64,000 nt of DNA from Planctomycetota bacterium (GTDB lineage Bacteria > Planctomycetota > UBA1135 > UBA2386): assembly GCA_965223545.1 (NCBI GenBank), contig OZ245006.1, positions 5,440,001-5,504,000 of the forward strand, given 5' to 3'. Below the pieces are notes generated by a model. It was not told the origin of the DNA, made no database searches, and saw only the letters and a program-made list of their open reading frames with translations. Each line of letters starts with the position of its first letter. Position 1 is the first letter of the stretch. The translations under genes and the position numbers were made by a program. Shown here one piece after another: positions 9,026-19,280 of the stretch.

Positions 9026-11371
9026 CTAGCGAGAAAATCGAGTCTGACACCGTACGAGCCAGCAGAGGATGGGGAGGCCGGCGGTGCCGGCGAGGAGCTC
9101 GCCGAACGGCAGGACCAGCTCCGGGGCGTCGAGGGCGCGCAGGAGGCCGGGGATGGGCAGGAGGCCGGCCGGAATGGCGAGCACGCAGCCGAGCGTTGCC
9201 AGGTAGGTCGCCTGGGCGGCCGCGAGGCGGCGCTGGGTGCGCGGGGAGGCGCCGATCTCGTGCAGGATCGCGCGGGTGCGTCGAGCCTCGGCCGCGTGCA
9301 GGGCGGTGGCGACGCCGATGACCAGGAGACCGACGAACAGGGACAGCAGCCACGTCGCCCGAGCCAGGCGGCGCGGTTGTTGGGCGAGCGCGCGTTGGAC
9401 GTCGATGGCGGTCCCCGGCCGGCGCTGGGCGAGCGCGCGGGCGAGAGTCACGTCGGCGTCGCTCACCGGGCGGGGTAGACGGATCAGCCACGCGGCGCCG
9501 TCCTCGTCGTCGCGCGGGCCGGGTTCGATGCCGAGGGTCCGGGCGGTCGCGCGGTCGAGGATCCACGCCGGCGCGCGCGCGGCGCCTTGCGGCCGCAGGT
9601 CGATGGTCGGCAGCTTCGCGATCTGCCGGTTGGAGTGCGCCTCGTGTAGCGTCGCGTGCGCGCCAACCGGGTCGCCGGCGATGGCGAGCAAAGCGCGCGT
9701 GCCGGCCGGCGGCGAGTTCTCCACGCCGACGGCGCGCAGTAGCGCGGCATCGCCGATCGCGATCGGCCGGCCGCGCGCCGGTGTGCCGGAGATCGCGTGC
9801 ACCGCGGCGCCGCCGGTGTGCGCCCATTCGAGCTTGGCCCGCGCGAGCCCGCCGAGGGCGCGTTCGATCTCCATCGCGACGCCCGAGGCCGCCGGCCCGC
9901 GGACTCGGATCTGGTCGGCGCGCAGTGCGGCCCACGTCTCGAGCGGGCTGGCCTGCAGGCTCGCCATCGCGGTGGCGACGGTGACGCTCATCGCGGTGCC
10001 GGCCAAGACCGCGGTCACCACGGGGCCGTCGCGGTGGCGCCAGCGGCTGCTGTCGCGCACCGCCAACCGCCAGGCCAGCGGCAGCCCACCAGCTCGTCGC
10101 GCCAGCTGCTCGAGCACCCATGGGCAGAACGCGCCGAGGCCGAGCGCACCGGCGATCGAGCCGGCGATCGTCAGGGATGCGGAGCTCGACTCGGGCCCCC
10201 ACGCCCCGGCCGCGATCGCGGCGGCAGCGAGCAACAGCAGCGCCACTCCGCCGCCGAGCCAGCGGTGCGCCGGCTCGCGCGGTGGCCGCCGGCTGGCCAG
10301 CGCGGTGCGGATCGGCACCGCCGCGGCCGCGCGCGCCGGCAGCGCCGCGGCGAGTGCCGCCGTCGCCACCCCCATGACGCAGGCGACCCACAGCTGACCC
10401 ACGGGCACTTCGAAGGAGCCGTTGAGCCGCCCGTTGAGGGAGTCCAGATGCGGATGGACTAGTGCGGCGGAGCCGATCCCGGCGCCGACTCCAGCGATGC
10501 TGCCGGCCGTGGCGAGCGCGGCGGTCGAAAGCAGGATCGACCACAGAATCGCGCCCCGCTCGGCGCCGGCTGCGCCCAGCAGGCCGATCTCGCGCCGGCG
10601 TCGGTGCAGCCCGACCGCGATGGCGCCGGCGATCACCAAGCCGGCTTGCAGATAGCCCAACGAGCCGAGCACGAAGACGACGGCGGCGTCGACCGCGGGC
10701 TGCGCGCGCACCTCGGCGGCGGTGCGCACGCGAGCGCCCGCCCGGCGCAGCTCGTTGGCGACCGCGGTGGCATCGGTCCCGGCGGCGAGGTCCACGAACC
10801 ACGTCGCGCGGTGCGACGCCGGGACCGGGGCCGCAGCGGGAACCACGACGATGCCGCGCGTGGTCGCTTCGCGGTCCACGACCCGGCCGACCACCGTGGC
10901 GTACGCGTCACCGCCGACCCTGTCGCTGCGATCGCCGAGGCCGGCGCCCGCCGCTTGCGCGACCGAGGCGGAGATGGCGACTTCGCGGGGATTGGTCGGG
11001 AGACGCCCTTCGATCACGGCGATCTGCGCTGCCGCGGGACTCGCCGCGGGTGCGTGCCAGGCCATGGCCTGGATGCGGAGGCCGCGGATGTCGATCTTCA
11101 GCGGCCACTGGCGCAGCGCCGTCGTCGTCGCGGTCGCCGGTAGACGTGCCAACGCGGTCGCCGCGGCCGCGGTCTCGAAGCAGAGGTCGGCATCGCCCAC
11201 CGCGCGGCGCACGCGTTCGTCGGGGGTGGGTACCACGATGTGCAGCAGGATCGCGCCGGCGGTCATCACCGCGACGGGGACCGCCACGGCCGCGCCGATC
11301 AGCAACGCGCGCAGCGGGGCGCGGCGCAGGCCGCGCAGCTCGATGCGCGCCAGGGCGCGGGCGGCGCTCAC
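9026..11371 (-). CDS. ABC transporter permease, FtsX/MacB-like
   Basis: RRREIGLLGAAGA and a second ILHEIGAS FtsX-type motif, multiple TM segments. GTG start overlaps the ATPase stop (GTGA). Confidence 0.85.
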   Translation of the reverse strand: MSAARALARIELRGLRRAPLRALLIGAAVAVPVAVMTAGAILLHIVVPTPDERVRRAVGDADLCFETAAAATALARLPATATTTALRQWPLKIDIRGLRIQAMAWHAPAASPAAAQIAVIEGRLPTNPREVAISASVAQAAGAGLGDRSDRVGGDAYATVVGRVVDREATTRGIVVVPAAAPVPASHRATWFVDLAAGTDATAVANELRRAGARVRTAAEVRAQPAVDAAVVFVLGSLGYLQAGLVIAGAIAVGLHRRRREIGLLGAAGAERGAILWSILLSTAALATAGSIAGVGAGIGSAALVHPHLDSLNGRLNGSFEVPVGQLWVACVMGVATAALAAALPARAAAAVPIRTALASRRPPREPAHRWLGGGVALLLLAAAAIAAGAWGPESSSASLTIAGSIAGALGLGAFCPWVLEQLARRAGGLPLAWRLAVRDSSRWRHRDGPVVTAVLAGTAMSVTVATAMASLQASPLETWAALRADQIRVRGPAASGVAMEIERALGGLARAKLEWAHTGGAAVHAISGTPARGRPIAIGDAALLRAVGVENSPPAGTRALLAIAGDPVGAHATLHEAHSNRQIAKLPTIDLRPQGAARAPAWILDRATARTLGIEPGPRDDEDGAAWLIRLPRPVSDADVTLARALAQRRPGTAIDVQRALAQQPRRLARATWLLSLFVGLLVIGVATALHAAEARRTRAILHEIGASPRTQRRLAAAQATYLATLGCVLAIPAGLLPIPGLLRALDAPELVLPFGELLAGTAGLPILCWLVRCQTRFSR

Positions 11372-12057
11372 GACTCCCCCGCGGTGGCGGTGATGCGGCC
11401 GTCGCGGAGAAAGAGCACGCGGTCGGCCCACGCCGCGTGTGCACCGTCGTGGGTGACCAGCACCGCCGCTCCGCCCCGGTCGCAGTGCGCTCGGAGCAGG
11501 CGCAGGACGCGCTCGCCGGTGAGTGAATCGAGGGCGCCGGTCGGCTCGTCGGCCAACAGTAGCTGTCGCGGCCCCACCGTGGCGCGGGCGATCGCGACCC
11601 GCTGCTGCTCTCCGCCGGACAAGTCGTCGGGAAACCGATCGCCAAGAGTCGCCAGACCTACGCCCTCCAGAGCAGCGCCGGCGGTGCGGCGCGCCTCCCG
11701 CCAGCCGATGCCGTCGAGCTCGAGCGGCAGCGCGACGTTCTCCAGCGCGGTGAGGCCGGCCAGCAAGTTGAGCTCTTGGAAGACGTAGCCGACGACCCGC
11801 CGGCGCAGAGCGGCCAACGCCTCCGCCGACATCGGTGCCAGATCGCGGCCCAGCACCAAGACCCGGCCGCTGGTCGGCTGGTCGAGGGCTCCGGCGAGTG
11901 ACAGCAGGGTCGACTTGCCCGAGCCCGAGGGGCCCATGATCGCCACCAGCTCGCCGCCGGACACGGTCAGGTCGGTGGCAGCCAGTGCCGTCACCGCATG
12001 CGGGCCGCGGCCGTGGATCCGGCCGGCGCCATCCAGCTCCAGGACCGGTGCGCTCAC
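11368..12057 (-). CDS. ABC transporter ATP-binding protein (LolD/MacB type)
   Basis: GPSGSGKST, LSGGEQQRVAIARA, LLADEPTGALD, VTHD. Confidence 0.95.
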   Translation of the reverse strand: MSAPVLELDGAGRIHGRGPHAVTALAATDLTVSGGELVAIMGPSGSGKSTLLSLAGALDQPTSGRVLVLGRDLAPMSAEALAALRRRVVGYVFQELNLLAGLTALENVALPLELDGIGWREARRTAGAALEGVGLATLGDRFPDDLSGGEQQRVAIARATVGPRQLLLADEPTGALDSLTGERVLRLLRAHCDRGGAAVLVTHDGAHAAWADRVLFLRDGRITATAGES

Positions 12058-12578
12058 GACCCGGCGTCGCGTGCCGCGAGGCGCGCCGCGCAGAGATCGA
12101 GCCAGCGCAGCTCCGCCTCGGCGTGCACGATCAGTGCATCCAAGAGCAGCACCCAACTCAGCTCGCGTTCCGGGTCGGCGCGGCGCTTGTGGCGCGTGTA
12201 GCTCTGCAGGCGGTGCATCGTCGCCACCCGCTGCGCGCTCAGGATGTGGTCGACTTCTTCGTGATCGGTGCTCACGGCGAGCAGCACCTTGATCGCCAGC
12301 TCGTCGCGCGCCGGCGGCTCGGCGGACACGGGAGAGGCGAACCACTCGGCCAGGGTGGCGCGTCCGGGTGCCGTGATGCGCCACGATTGCCGCGCGTTGT
12401 CGCCGTCACCGACCGGCTCGACGAGGCCGTCGCGCTGCAGCCGGCGCAGCGTGGTGTAGACCTGGCCGACGTTGAGCGGCCACGCGTTCGCGGTGCTGGC
12501 TTCGAAGTCGGTCTTCAGGCCGTAGCCGTGCGCCGGCCCCTCGGCCAGCAGCGCCAGCAGACTGTGGCGCACACTCAT
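12054..12578 (-). CDS. PadR family transcriptional regulator
   Basis: MSVRHSLLALLAEGPAHGYGLK...GQVYTTLRRL and C-terminal EAELRWLD. Confidence 0.92.
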   Translation of the reverse strand: MSVRHSLLALLAEGPAHGYGLKTDFEASTANAWPLNVGQVYTTLRRLQRDGLVEPVGDGDNARQSWRITAPGRATLAEWFASPVSAEPPARDELAIKVLLAVSTDHEEVDHILSAQRVATMHRLQSYTRHKRRADPERELSWVLLLDALIVHAEAELRWLDLCAARLAARDAGS

Positions 12579-14065
12579 TCGCGTTCCTCGGGAAGGGGGG
12601 CCAGGGGGCGCAACGGAGCGGTGACGTGCGTGCCGTGTACCGGTCGCCCAAGCAGAAAGTCGTGCCAGACGGTGCGGATCTCGGGCTGGATCCAGTTGAG
12701 ATCGTGGCTGGCGTTCTCGACCACCAGCAGGTGAGCGTTGGTCAAGTCCGGCAGCAGCGCGCGGGCGTTGTCCACCGGCGTACGGGCGTCGAGATCGCCG
12801 ACGATGAGGAGCACCGGGACGTCGCTGCGCAGCGGGCCGCGGAAGGCGTCGCCGAGGTCCGGTGCGCCCCACGCCGCCGCCATCCGGGCGCCGAACGGAA
12901 AGTTGATGGCATCACCCAGCAGCGTGGCGGTGGCCTCCTCGGCAATGCGCTCCGCGCGCGCCGCGGAGACACCCGACGCGCAGTCCATCATCCACAGCAT
13001 GGCGGTGCCGACGCCGCCTTCGCGCCGGTCGTGCAGGCGGCGTCGAGCGATCTCGCTGAAGTCGCCGTTCGCCATGGCGAGGACCGCGGCCGGCACCTGC
13101 GCCATTCCCCGGCTCGAACCGAGGGCGTTGGCCAGCTCCAGGCGTACGTCGAAGGCGCTGACGCCGACCTCGGTGCCGTCGATGTCGACCGTCACCGGAG
13201 CGCGCTCGAGTCGGTGCAGCACACCGCGCGTCATCTCGATGAGATCCGGAATGCGCGCCTCGTAGGCCGGGTCGCCGGCGACTCGGGCGGCGACCTGCTG
13301 CAGGGCGCGCTCGCCGAAGCGCGGCAGCTTGAACGTGTGGTCGGGTCCTTCGGGTCCGATCAACACGGCGCGCGCGATGTGTTCGCCATGCCGGCGCAGC
13401 GTTGCCATCGCCAGGTGCGAGCCGTAGCTCTGACCCCAGAGCACGATCTGCTGGTAGCCCAGGGCGCGCCGCACCGCGTCGAGGTCGTCCGCGCTCTCCA
13501 CCGTGGTGTAGCCATCGAGGTCGACGCCCTGCTTCCGCCAGCGCTCGGCTTCGCCGCGCGCGACCTCGGTCATCCTGGCCAGCATCGCGCCCCGTTCTCC
13601 CGGCGTAGCCGGCGGCAGATCCCAGCGGACGTCGGAGTCGAGCAGAGGCCGGCTCTCGCCGACGCCGCGCTGGTCGACGGCGATCAGGTCACCGCCGAGC
13701 TGGTCGACGAACCAGCGGCCGCCGCCCTGCAGATGCCGCTCCACCATGGCGATGCTGGCGCCTCCCGGGCCTCCTGCGAGCATGAACACCGGCGGTCCGA
13801 CGGACTCGAGGGTCGAACGCACCCGCAGCACCGCGAGCCGCACCGTGCCGCTGTCGGCGGCGGATCGTCGCTCCGGCACCTCGACCACGAAGCGCTCGGT
13901 CTCGATCGCGCTGCCGTCGCGCCCTTGCACCGTCCCGCGCTCCGTCGGGGTTGGCCGGCCTTCCTGGCAAACGCCGGAAGTGCTTTGAATAATTACGGAT
14001 AGGGCAATCAGGGTGGGGATCGGTGCGCGCGTGGAGTGGAGGATCATCGCAGACCAGGTGGACAT
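12575..14065 (-). CDS. secreted alpha/beta hydrolase (TAP-like, peptidase S33-like)
   Basis: GGPGG oxyanion motif, DQRGVG, GQSYG nucleophile, GDLDARTP, NASH. Start is at 14065 or 14047. Confidence 0.88.
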   Translation of the reverse strand: MSTWSAMILHSTRAPIPTLIALSVIIQSTSGVCQEGRPTPTERGTVQGRDGSAIETERFVVEVPERRSAADSGTVRLAVLRVRSTLESVGPPVFMLAGGPGGASIAMVERHLQGGGRWFVDQLGGDLIAVDQRGVGESRPLLDSDVRWDLPPATPGERGAMLARMTEVARGEAERWRKQGVDLDGYTTVESADDLDAVRRALGYQQIVLWGQSYGSHLAMATLRRHGEHIARAVLIGPEGPDHTFKLPRFGERALQQVAARVAGDPAYEARIPDLIEMTRGVLHRLERAPVTVDIDGTEVGVSAFDVRLELANALGSSRGMAQVPAAVLAMANGDFSEIARRRLHDRREGGVGTAMLWMMDCASGVSAARAERIAEEATATLLGDAINFPFGARMAAAWGAPDLGDAFRGPLRSDVPVLLIVGDLDARTPVDNARALLPDLTNAHLLVVENASHDLNWIQPEIRTVWHDFLLGRPVHGTHVTAPLRPLAPLPEERE

Positions 14066-14075
14066 ACTCAGTATG
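14063..14075. promoter_or_regulatory. palindrome CATAC-TCA-GTATG, candidate PadR operator
   Basis: AT-rich 5-bp inverted repeat at the 5' end of the hydrolase-padR-ABC operon. Confidence 0.5.
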
Positions 14076-14191
14076 CATCTTTCGCCGGTGTCGACAAAAA
14101 GCGGCCCCTCGCGCCCGGATCCGGTGCGGTCGAAACGGGACGCGCGGGGAACCGGAGTCGTGGCTTCCCTCTTCCGACCTGGACCTGGCCG

Positions 14192-16846
14192 ATGATCGTT
14201 TCCCTCTCGCGCGTCGTCACCGCCGCCTCGCTCGTCCTCGCCTCGGTGTCACCCGTGGCGCAAACTCCGGGGTGGTTCGATGCCTCTGGCCGCGTCTACC
14301 CGTGCGGTAGTCAGGGGCGCGCCACGCATCGGCCCTCGGATCACGCGGTCGCCGACGTCGACGGCGACGGCGACCTCGACGTCATCCACAGCACGTGGGA
14401 CGGCTTCTTTCCCGTCGGCGTGCCGCGGGCGGCCCTGCTGCGCAACCGCGGCGACGGTACCTACGAAGCGCCCGTTTGGCTCTCGACCGGTGGCAACACC
14501 GCTTCCGTCACCGCCGCCGACGTCAATGGTGACGGTGCGGTCGACTTGGCGTTCGGCGTATCCAACACGCTCGGCAGCGGCAACCGCGTGTTGGTCCTCC
14601 TCGGCAACGGCGACGGCACGTTCGCCAACGGCGGCCGTCATGCGTGCGGCTCCGGTCCGCTCGACCTGGCGGCGGGCGACATGGACGGCGACGGCGATGT
14701 CGACCTGGTGAGCGCCAACCTCGGCGCCGACTCCGTCACCGTGCTGCTGAACGACGGTAGCGGGCAGTTCGGCGCGCGGCGCGACGCCGGTGCGGGCGGG
14801 CGGCCGCAGTCGCTCCGGTTGGGCGACCTCGATGGCGATGGCGATCTCGACGTCGCGGTCAGTGGTGGTAGCGGCGCGCCGGTGCGGGTGTTGTTCAACG
14901 AAGGCGGCGGCCAGCTGACGCTGCGCAGCACGCCGCCCGCGGCGGTGAGCGCGCTTGCCGGCATCGCCATGGGCGACGTCGATCGCGACGGAGACCTGGA
15001 TTTGGTCTGGGGTGCGGGGGCCGCGCAGGGGCTGGTGTCTTCGTTCACCCTCTGGCGCAACGACGGTGCCGGTGGGTTCGGCGCCGGCGAGCGGCTGGCG
15101 ACCGGCCTCAGCTTTCGGGGGGCCGCGGTCGACATCGCCGACATCGATGGTGATGGGTGGCCGGACATCGCTGGCTGCGCGCTGGGCAACTTCAACGACT
15201 GGTGCTACCTGCCCGGTGACGGTGCGGGTGGGTTCCTCTCGGCGCGGATGAAGGGCAGCGCCGGCGAATACAGCACGGCCTTGGTCATTGCGGACGTCGA
15301 CCGCGATGGCGACGGCGACGTGCTGATCGGCAACGAGGGCAGCAACACGCTCTCGGTGCACGAGTTCGATTCCGGTGCATTCCGCGATCCCCCGCCGACG
15401 ACGGTGGCGCAGCTGACCGTCGACTTCGACATCGCCGACCTCGACCTCGATGGCGACCTCGACATCGTGTGTGCCGATTCGACCCTGCACCGGCTCATCA
15501 ACCGCGGCGACGGCACCTTCGAGAACTTCTCGGTGGCGCTGCGCCTCGGCCGGTTTCGCTTCGTTCGGCTCCGCGACCTCGACGGCGACGGCTATCCGGA
15601 CCTGCTCATGGTGAAGAGCTCTGCCAGTCCGCCGTACGACCTCTACACCGCGATCAACGATGGCACCGGCCGCTTCGGCGCCGTCGTGCAGTGGCAGATC
15701 CGAACGTGTGGGGGGAACGACCTCGAGACCCTCGACTGGGACGGCGATGGCGACCTCGACGTGATCGTCTCGGAGACGCTGGGTTGTCTTTCGGTGCCGT
15801 TCCAGCGGCTGTTCTACCTCGAGAACAAGGGCGATGGGACGTTCGAGCCGCCGGTGACGGAAGACAACGTGCTGTATCCGATCCGCGACCGGATGGCGGC
15901 GGCCGACTTCGATCGCGACGGGAACATGGACTTTGCCACGACGGCCAGTGGTCCCGGGCTCGCCGTACACCTGGGGCGGGGTGATGGCACCTTCGTCGGT
16001 CCGACGGCGATCGCCGTGACCAAGGCGCCGGGACCGAGTTGGCTGACCACCGCCGACATGAACCGGGATGGCGACATGGACCTGGTGTTCACCTCCGCCA
16101 TGGAGGGGACCTTCGGCTTCGATTGCGAGGTCGGGGTCTTCTTGGGCAACGGCGACGGCACCTTCGTCGAGATGGAGCCGCAGTACGGGCCCTGGTCGTT
16201 GCAGTTCCTCGCCGAGTTCAGTGTCAACACCATGGACGCGGACGGCGACGGCGTTCTGGACGTGATCGCCAGTGGCATCAGCTCCTCCGAGGTGCTGGTG
16301 TTTCGGGGAACGGGCGACGGCAACTTGCAGCCGGCGCAGCGCTACGCGATGCCTGGCGATGCGTGGCGGTCGCGTGGCGCCGACATGGACGGTGACGGCC
16401 GGGACGACCTCGTCGTTCTGGTCCACGCGTTTCCTCCGATCGGCAACGGGCAGATCGTCGTCTTGTTCGGTGGCGACGGCGAGATCTGCCAGCCCGATCT
16501 CGGCTTTGCCGGGCCGGGATCGACCCGGCTCACGGTGTGTGGCCCCGCGCTGCACCCAGGCAATGCCGCCGAGTTGCTGCTGCGCGGCGCGCCGGCCAGC
16601 GCGCCGTGTGCGCTGGGGTTCGGCTTCACCGCGACACCGACTCCGATCCTCGGCGGGACCCTGGTGCCGCTTCCGCTGGCTGTGGTGCTTCCCTCGTCGA
16701 CCGATCCAGGCGGCGCGTTGCGGCTCGCCCCGATTGCGTCCGGCGCCGGGCCGTTGGACGTGTTCGTCCAAGCGGTCGTGCTCGATGCGGGTCAGCCACG
16801 AGGACTGCAGTTCTCCAACGCGGTCCGGGTCGAGTTCCTGCCCTGA
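14192..16846 (+). CDS. secreted FG-GAP/VCBS repeat protein with the shared C-terminal domain
   Basis: Signal peptide ...SVSPVA|Q and more than ten DxDGDGDLD repeats. Ends VQAVVLD...FSNAVRVEFLP. Confidence 0.88.
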   Translation: MIVSLSRVVTAASLVLASVSPVAQTPGWFDASGRVYPCGSQGRATHRPSDHAVADVDGDGDLDVIHSTWDGFFPVGVPRAALLRNRGDGTYEAPVWLSTGGNTASVTAADVNGDGAVDLAFGVSNTLGSGNRVLVLLGNGDGTFANGGRHACGSGPLDLAAGDMDGDGDVDLVSANLGADSVTVLLNDGSGQFGARRDAGAGGRPQSLRLGDLDGDGDLDVAVSGGSGAPVRVLFNEGGGQLTLRSTPPAAVSALAGIAMGDVDRDGDLDLVWGAGAAQGLVSSFTLWRNDGAGGFGAGERLATGLSFRGAAVDIADIDGDGWPDIAGCALGNFNDWCYLPGDGAGGFLSARMKGSAGEYSTALVIADVDRDGDGDVLIGNEGSNTLSVHEFDSGAFRDPPPTTVAQLTVDFDIADLDLDGDLDIVCADSTLHRLINRGDGTFENFSVALRLGRFRFVRLRDLDGDGYPDLLMVKSSASPPYDLYTAINDGTGRFGAVVQWQIRTCGGNDLETLDWDGDGDLDVIVSETLGCLSVPFQRLFYLENKGDGTFEPPVTEDNVLYPIRDRMAAADFDRDGNMDFATTASGPGLAVHLGRGDGTFVGPTAIAVTKAPGPSWLTTADMNRDGDMDLVFTSAMEGTFGFDCEVGVFLGNGDGTFVEMEPQYGPWSLQFLAEFSVNTMDADGDGVLDVIASGISSSEVLVFRGTGDGNLQPAQRYAMPGDAWRSRGADMDGDGRDDLVVLVHAFPPIGNGQIVVLFGGDGEICQPDLGFAGPGSTRLTVCGPALHPGNAAELLLRGAPASAPCALGFGFTATPTPILGGTLVPLPLAVVLPSSTDPGGALRLAPIASGAGPLDVFVQAVVLDAGQPRGLQFSNAVRVEFLP

Positions 16847-16865
16847 CCGCGACCGCGGGGCCGAG

Positions 16866-18527
16866 TCAGTCGGATGCCGCCGGCGGAGTGCCGTAGCGGC
16901 CGAGCAGGCTGCGCAAGTGCGCGATGCGGACCGGCTTGGTGACGACCTCGTTCATGCCGGCGGCCAGGCACTCGCGCACTTGCTCGTCGACGGCGCTGGC
17001 CGTGACCGCGATCACCGGTATCGCGGCCAGGCATCGGTCGGCGAGTGAACGGATCCGGCGGGTGGCCTCCAAGCCATCCATGCCGGGCATGTGCACGTCC
17101 ATCAGCACGACGTCGAAGGCGCCGTTCTCCAGCGCGCGCAGCGCCGCGCCGCCCTCGTCGACGATCTGCCATTCCGTCTTCAACGACGTGAGCAGGTGTT
17201 GCATCACGCGTTGGTTGACGGCGTTGTCCTCGGCCACCAGCACGCGCAGCCCCGCCGTCGGCGCGGCGGGCATGGCGCCGTCGGCAAGGGGTGGAGATGC
17301 CACCGGTAGACTCAGGTCGAACCAGAAGCGGGACCCCGCTCCCAGGGAACTGTCGACCGAGATCGTGCCGCCCATCAGCTCGACCAGGCGGCGGGTGATC
17401 GACAGCCCGAGTCCGGTGCCGCCGAAACGGCGGGTCGTCGAGTTGTCGGCTTGTCGGAAGCTCTCGAAGATCTCGTGCAGCTTGTCGGCATCGATGCCGA
17501 TGCCCTCGTCCTCGACCTCGAAGCGCACCTCGCAGCGGCTGGTGGTGCCACCGAGATGCATGGCGCGGACCAGGATCGCCCCGGCGGGAGTGAACTTGAC
17601 CGCGTTGCCGACGAGATTGGTGAGCACTTGGCGGAGTCGCGTCGGATCGCCCTTCAGCCAGTCCGGGATCCTCGGATCGACCTCGGCGCCGATGCGCGTG
17701 CCGCCGTGCAGCTGTGGGCTGAAGGACGCGACGAGAGCGCGGATCAAGCCGCTCGGCTCGAACGGCACGCTTTCCAGCTCGAGCTGGCCGGCCTCGATCT
17801 TCGAGAAGTCGAGCACATCGCCGATCACGCGCTGCAAGAGCTCGGCACTCTGCACCAGATGGTCGGTCAGCTCGCGCTGGTGTTCCCCGAGGTCGGTCTG
17901 CTGCAGGAGCTGCGCCATGCCGGCGACGCCGTTCAGCGGCGTGCGGATCTCGTGACTCATGTTGGCCAAGAACTCGCTCTTGGCCTGGCTCGCGGCTTGC
18001 GCGACGTCGACGGCCGCTTGGAGCTGCGCGGTCCGTTCGGCGACCCGCTCCTCGAGATCGTCGTTGCTTGCCTTCAGTCGCTCGGCCAGCTCGCTCGATT
18101 CGCGCAACAGGTGGTTCTTGGCCTGCAGGGCCAAGAGGTAGTCGGGCATCACGTCGTGCAGCGCGTAGCACTGCACCGTGATGCCGTTCTTGATCATCGA
18201 GGTCGCATCCCGGGCGCGCGGCGAACCGACCAGGCAGGCGATTCCGCCGTCGGCGACGTAGACCTGGTAGCGCAGGTCGATGCCCGTGGCGATCGCCCGC
18301 AGCACGACCGCCGGTTGGCTGCGCCGGGTGATGTCGTGCACCGTGCGCAGGCCGAGTGGGCGATAGATCGACAGGTGCTCGGTCAGCAGGTCGCCGCGCT
18401 CGAGGCCGGGGGCGACGAGCTGTGCCGACGTGCCGAGGTCGACCACGCGCTGCCCTTCGTCCACGCAGACGTGGAACGGAAAGGCCGCGTGCAGAAAGGC
18501 GCGGAGCTCAGGTTCGAGTGCGCCCAT
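16866..18527 (-). CDS. hybrid sensor histidine kinase (HNOBA-like input, HisKA, HATPase, REC)
   Basis: N-terminal AFPFH (sGC HNOBA-like), FLANMSHEIRTPLN, NAVKFT, GGTGLGL, VLVAEDN...MDVHMP receiver. Confidence 0.92.
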   Translation of the reverse strand: MGALEPELRAFLHAAFPFHVCVDEGQRVVDLGTSAQLVAPGLERGDLLTEHLSIYRPLGLRTVHDITRRSQPAVVLRAIATGIDLRYQVYVADGGIACLVGSPRARDATSMIKNGITVQCYALHDVMPDYLLALQAKNHLLRESSELAERLKASNDDLEERVAERTAQLQAAVDVAQAASQAKSEFLANMSHEIRTPLNGVAGMAQLLQQTDLGEHQRELTDHLVQSAELLQRVIGDVLDFSKIEAGQLELESVPFEPSGLIRALVASFSPQLHGGTRIGAEVDPRIPDWLKGDPTRLRQVLTNLVGNAVKFTPAGAILVRAMHLGGTTSRCEVRFEVEDEGIGIDADKLHEIFESFRQADNSTTRRFGGTGLGLSITRRLVELMGGTISVDSSLGAGSRFWFDLSLPVASPPLADGAMPAAPTAGLRVLVAEDNAVNQRVMQHLLTSLKTEWQIVDEGGAALRALENGAFDVVLMDVHMPGMDGLEATRRIRSLADRCLAAIPVIAVTASAVDEQVRECLAAGMNEVVTKPVRIAHLRSLLGRYGTPPAASD

Positions 18528-18564
18528 GGCTGCAGCACACCGCGAGGAAGCCGCCGGCCGCCGC

Positions 18565-19119
18565 TCAGCTCTGGCTGCCGCTCGGCAGCATCCGGATACG
18601 GAAACGGGTCTCGCCGCTGCCGTCGTCGGGCAGGTCGGTGATCTCGACTTCGGTCTCCGTCATCTTTGCAAGCCCGCGCACCATTCCCTTGGCGAGTGGG
18701 CCGAGGCCGTCGCGCTCGGACACGTAGTGCAGCGTCATCTCGTCGCCCTCGGCATCCGAGACCCAGAACGACGGCGGCTTGTAGCCGACGAACGCCTGCG
18801 ACAGCCGCACGTGCATGTCGTCCAGGCCATGCAGGATCTCGGGCAGGGTCGAGCCCGACATGCGCAGGTGGTCGGCGAACTCGGACCGCAGCGCGAAGTC
18901 GATCCAGTACTCGCCGACTTCCTCGAGGATCTGTCCCGCCTCGACGCCGGCGCGCTCGGCGGTGGCGACCACCAGCCCGACCGAATCGGAGTCGGGATAC
19001 TGCTCCATGGCCAAGAACTCGGCCGGGCTACCGGCGGCGGAGCGCACGGCGGCAGCGCCGTCGGCGCCGAACTTGTTGGTGATGTAGTCGACGATGGCTT
19101 GGTTGACGGTTCCGTACAT
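18565..19119 (-). CDS. H-NOX heme NO-binding protein
   Basis: MYG start, YPD, proximal His (LDDMH), PPSF and the YxSxR motif (YVSER). Confidence 0.92.
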   Translation of the reverse strand: MYGTVNQAIVDYITNKFGADGAAAVRSAAGSPAEFLAMEQYPDSDSVGLVVATAERAGVEAGQILEEVGEYWIDFALRSEFADHLRMSGSTLPEILHGLDDMHVRLSQAFVGYKPPSFWVSDAEGDEMTLHYVSERDGLGPLAKGMVRGLAKMTETEVEITDLPDDGSGETRFRIRMLPSGSQS

Positions 19120-19280
19120 GGGCGAGCCTCGATGGGTGCGGGCCGGCCCATTCCGGCCCGGCGTCTTCATCGGCGTGAGGCGCTCGTGAGCTGGAGGGCG
19201 GCGGCCCACGTCTGGGGGGTTCTCCGCAGGCGGCCCTGCTGAGGTAGCCTGTCGGTGTCGCGTTTCGCGGCAGTGCGGTC

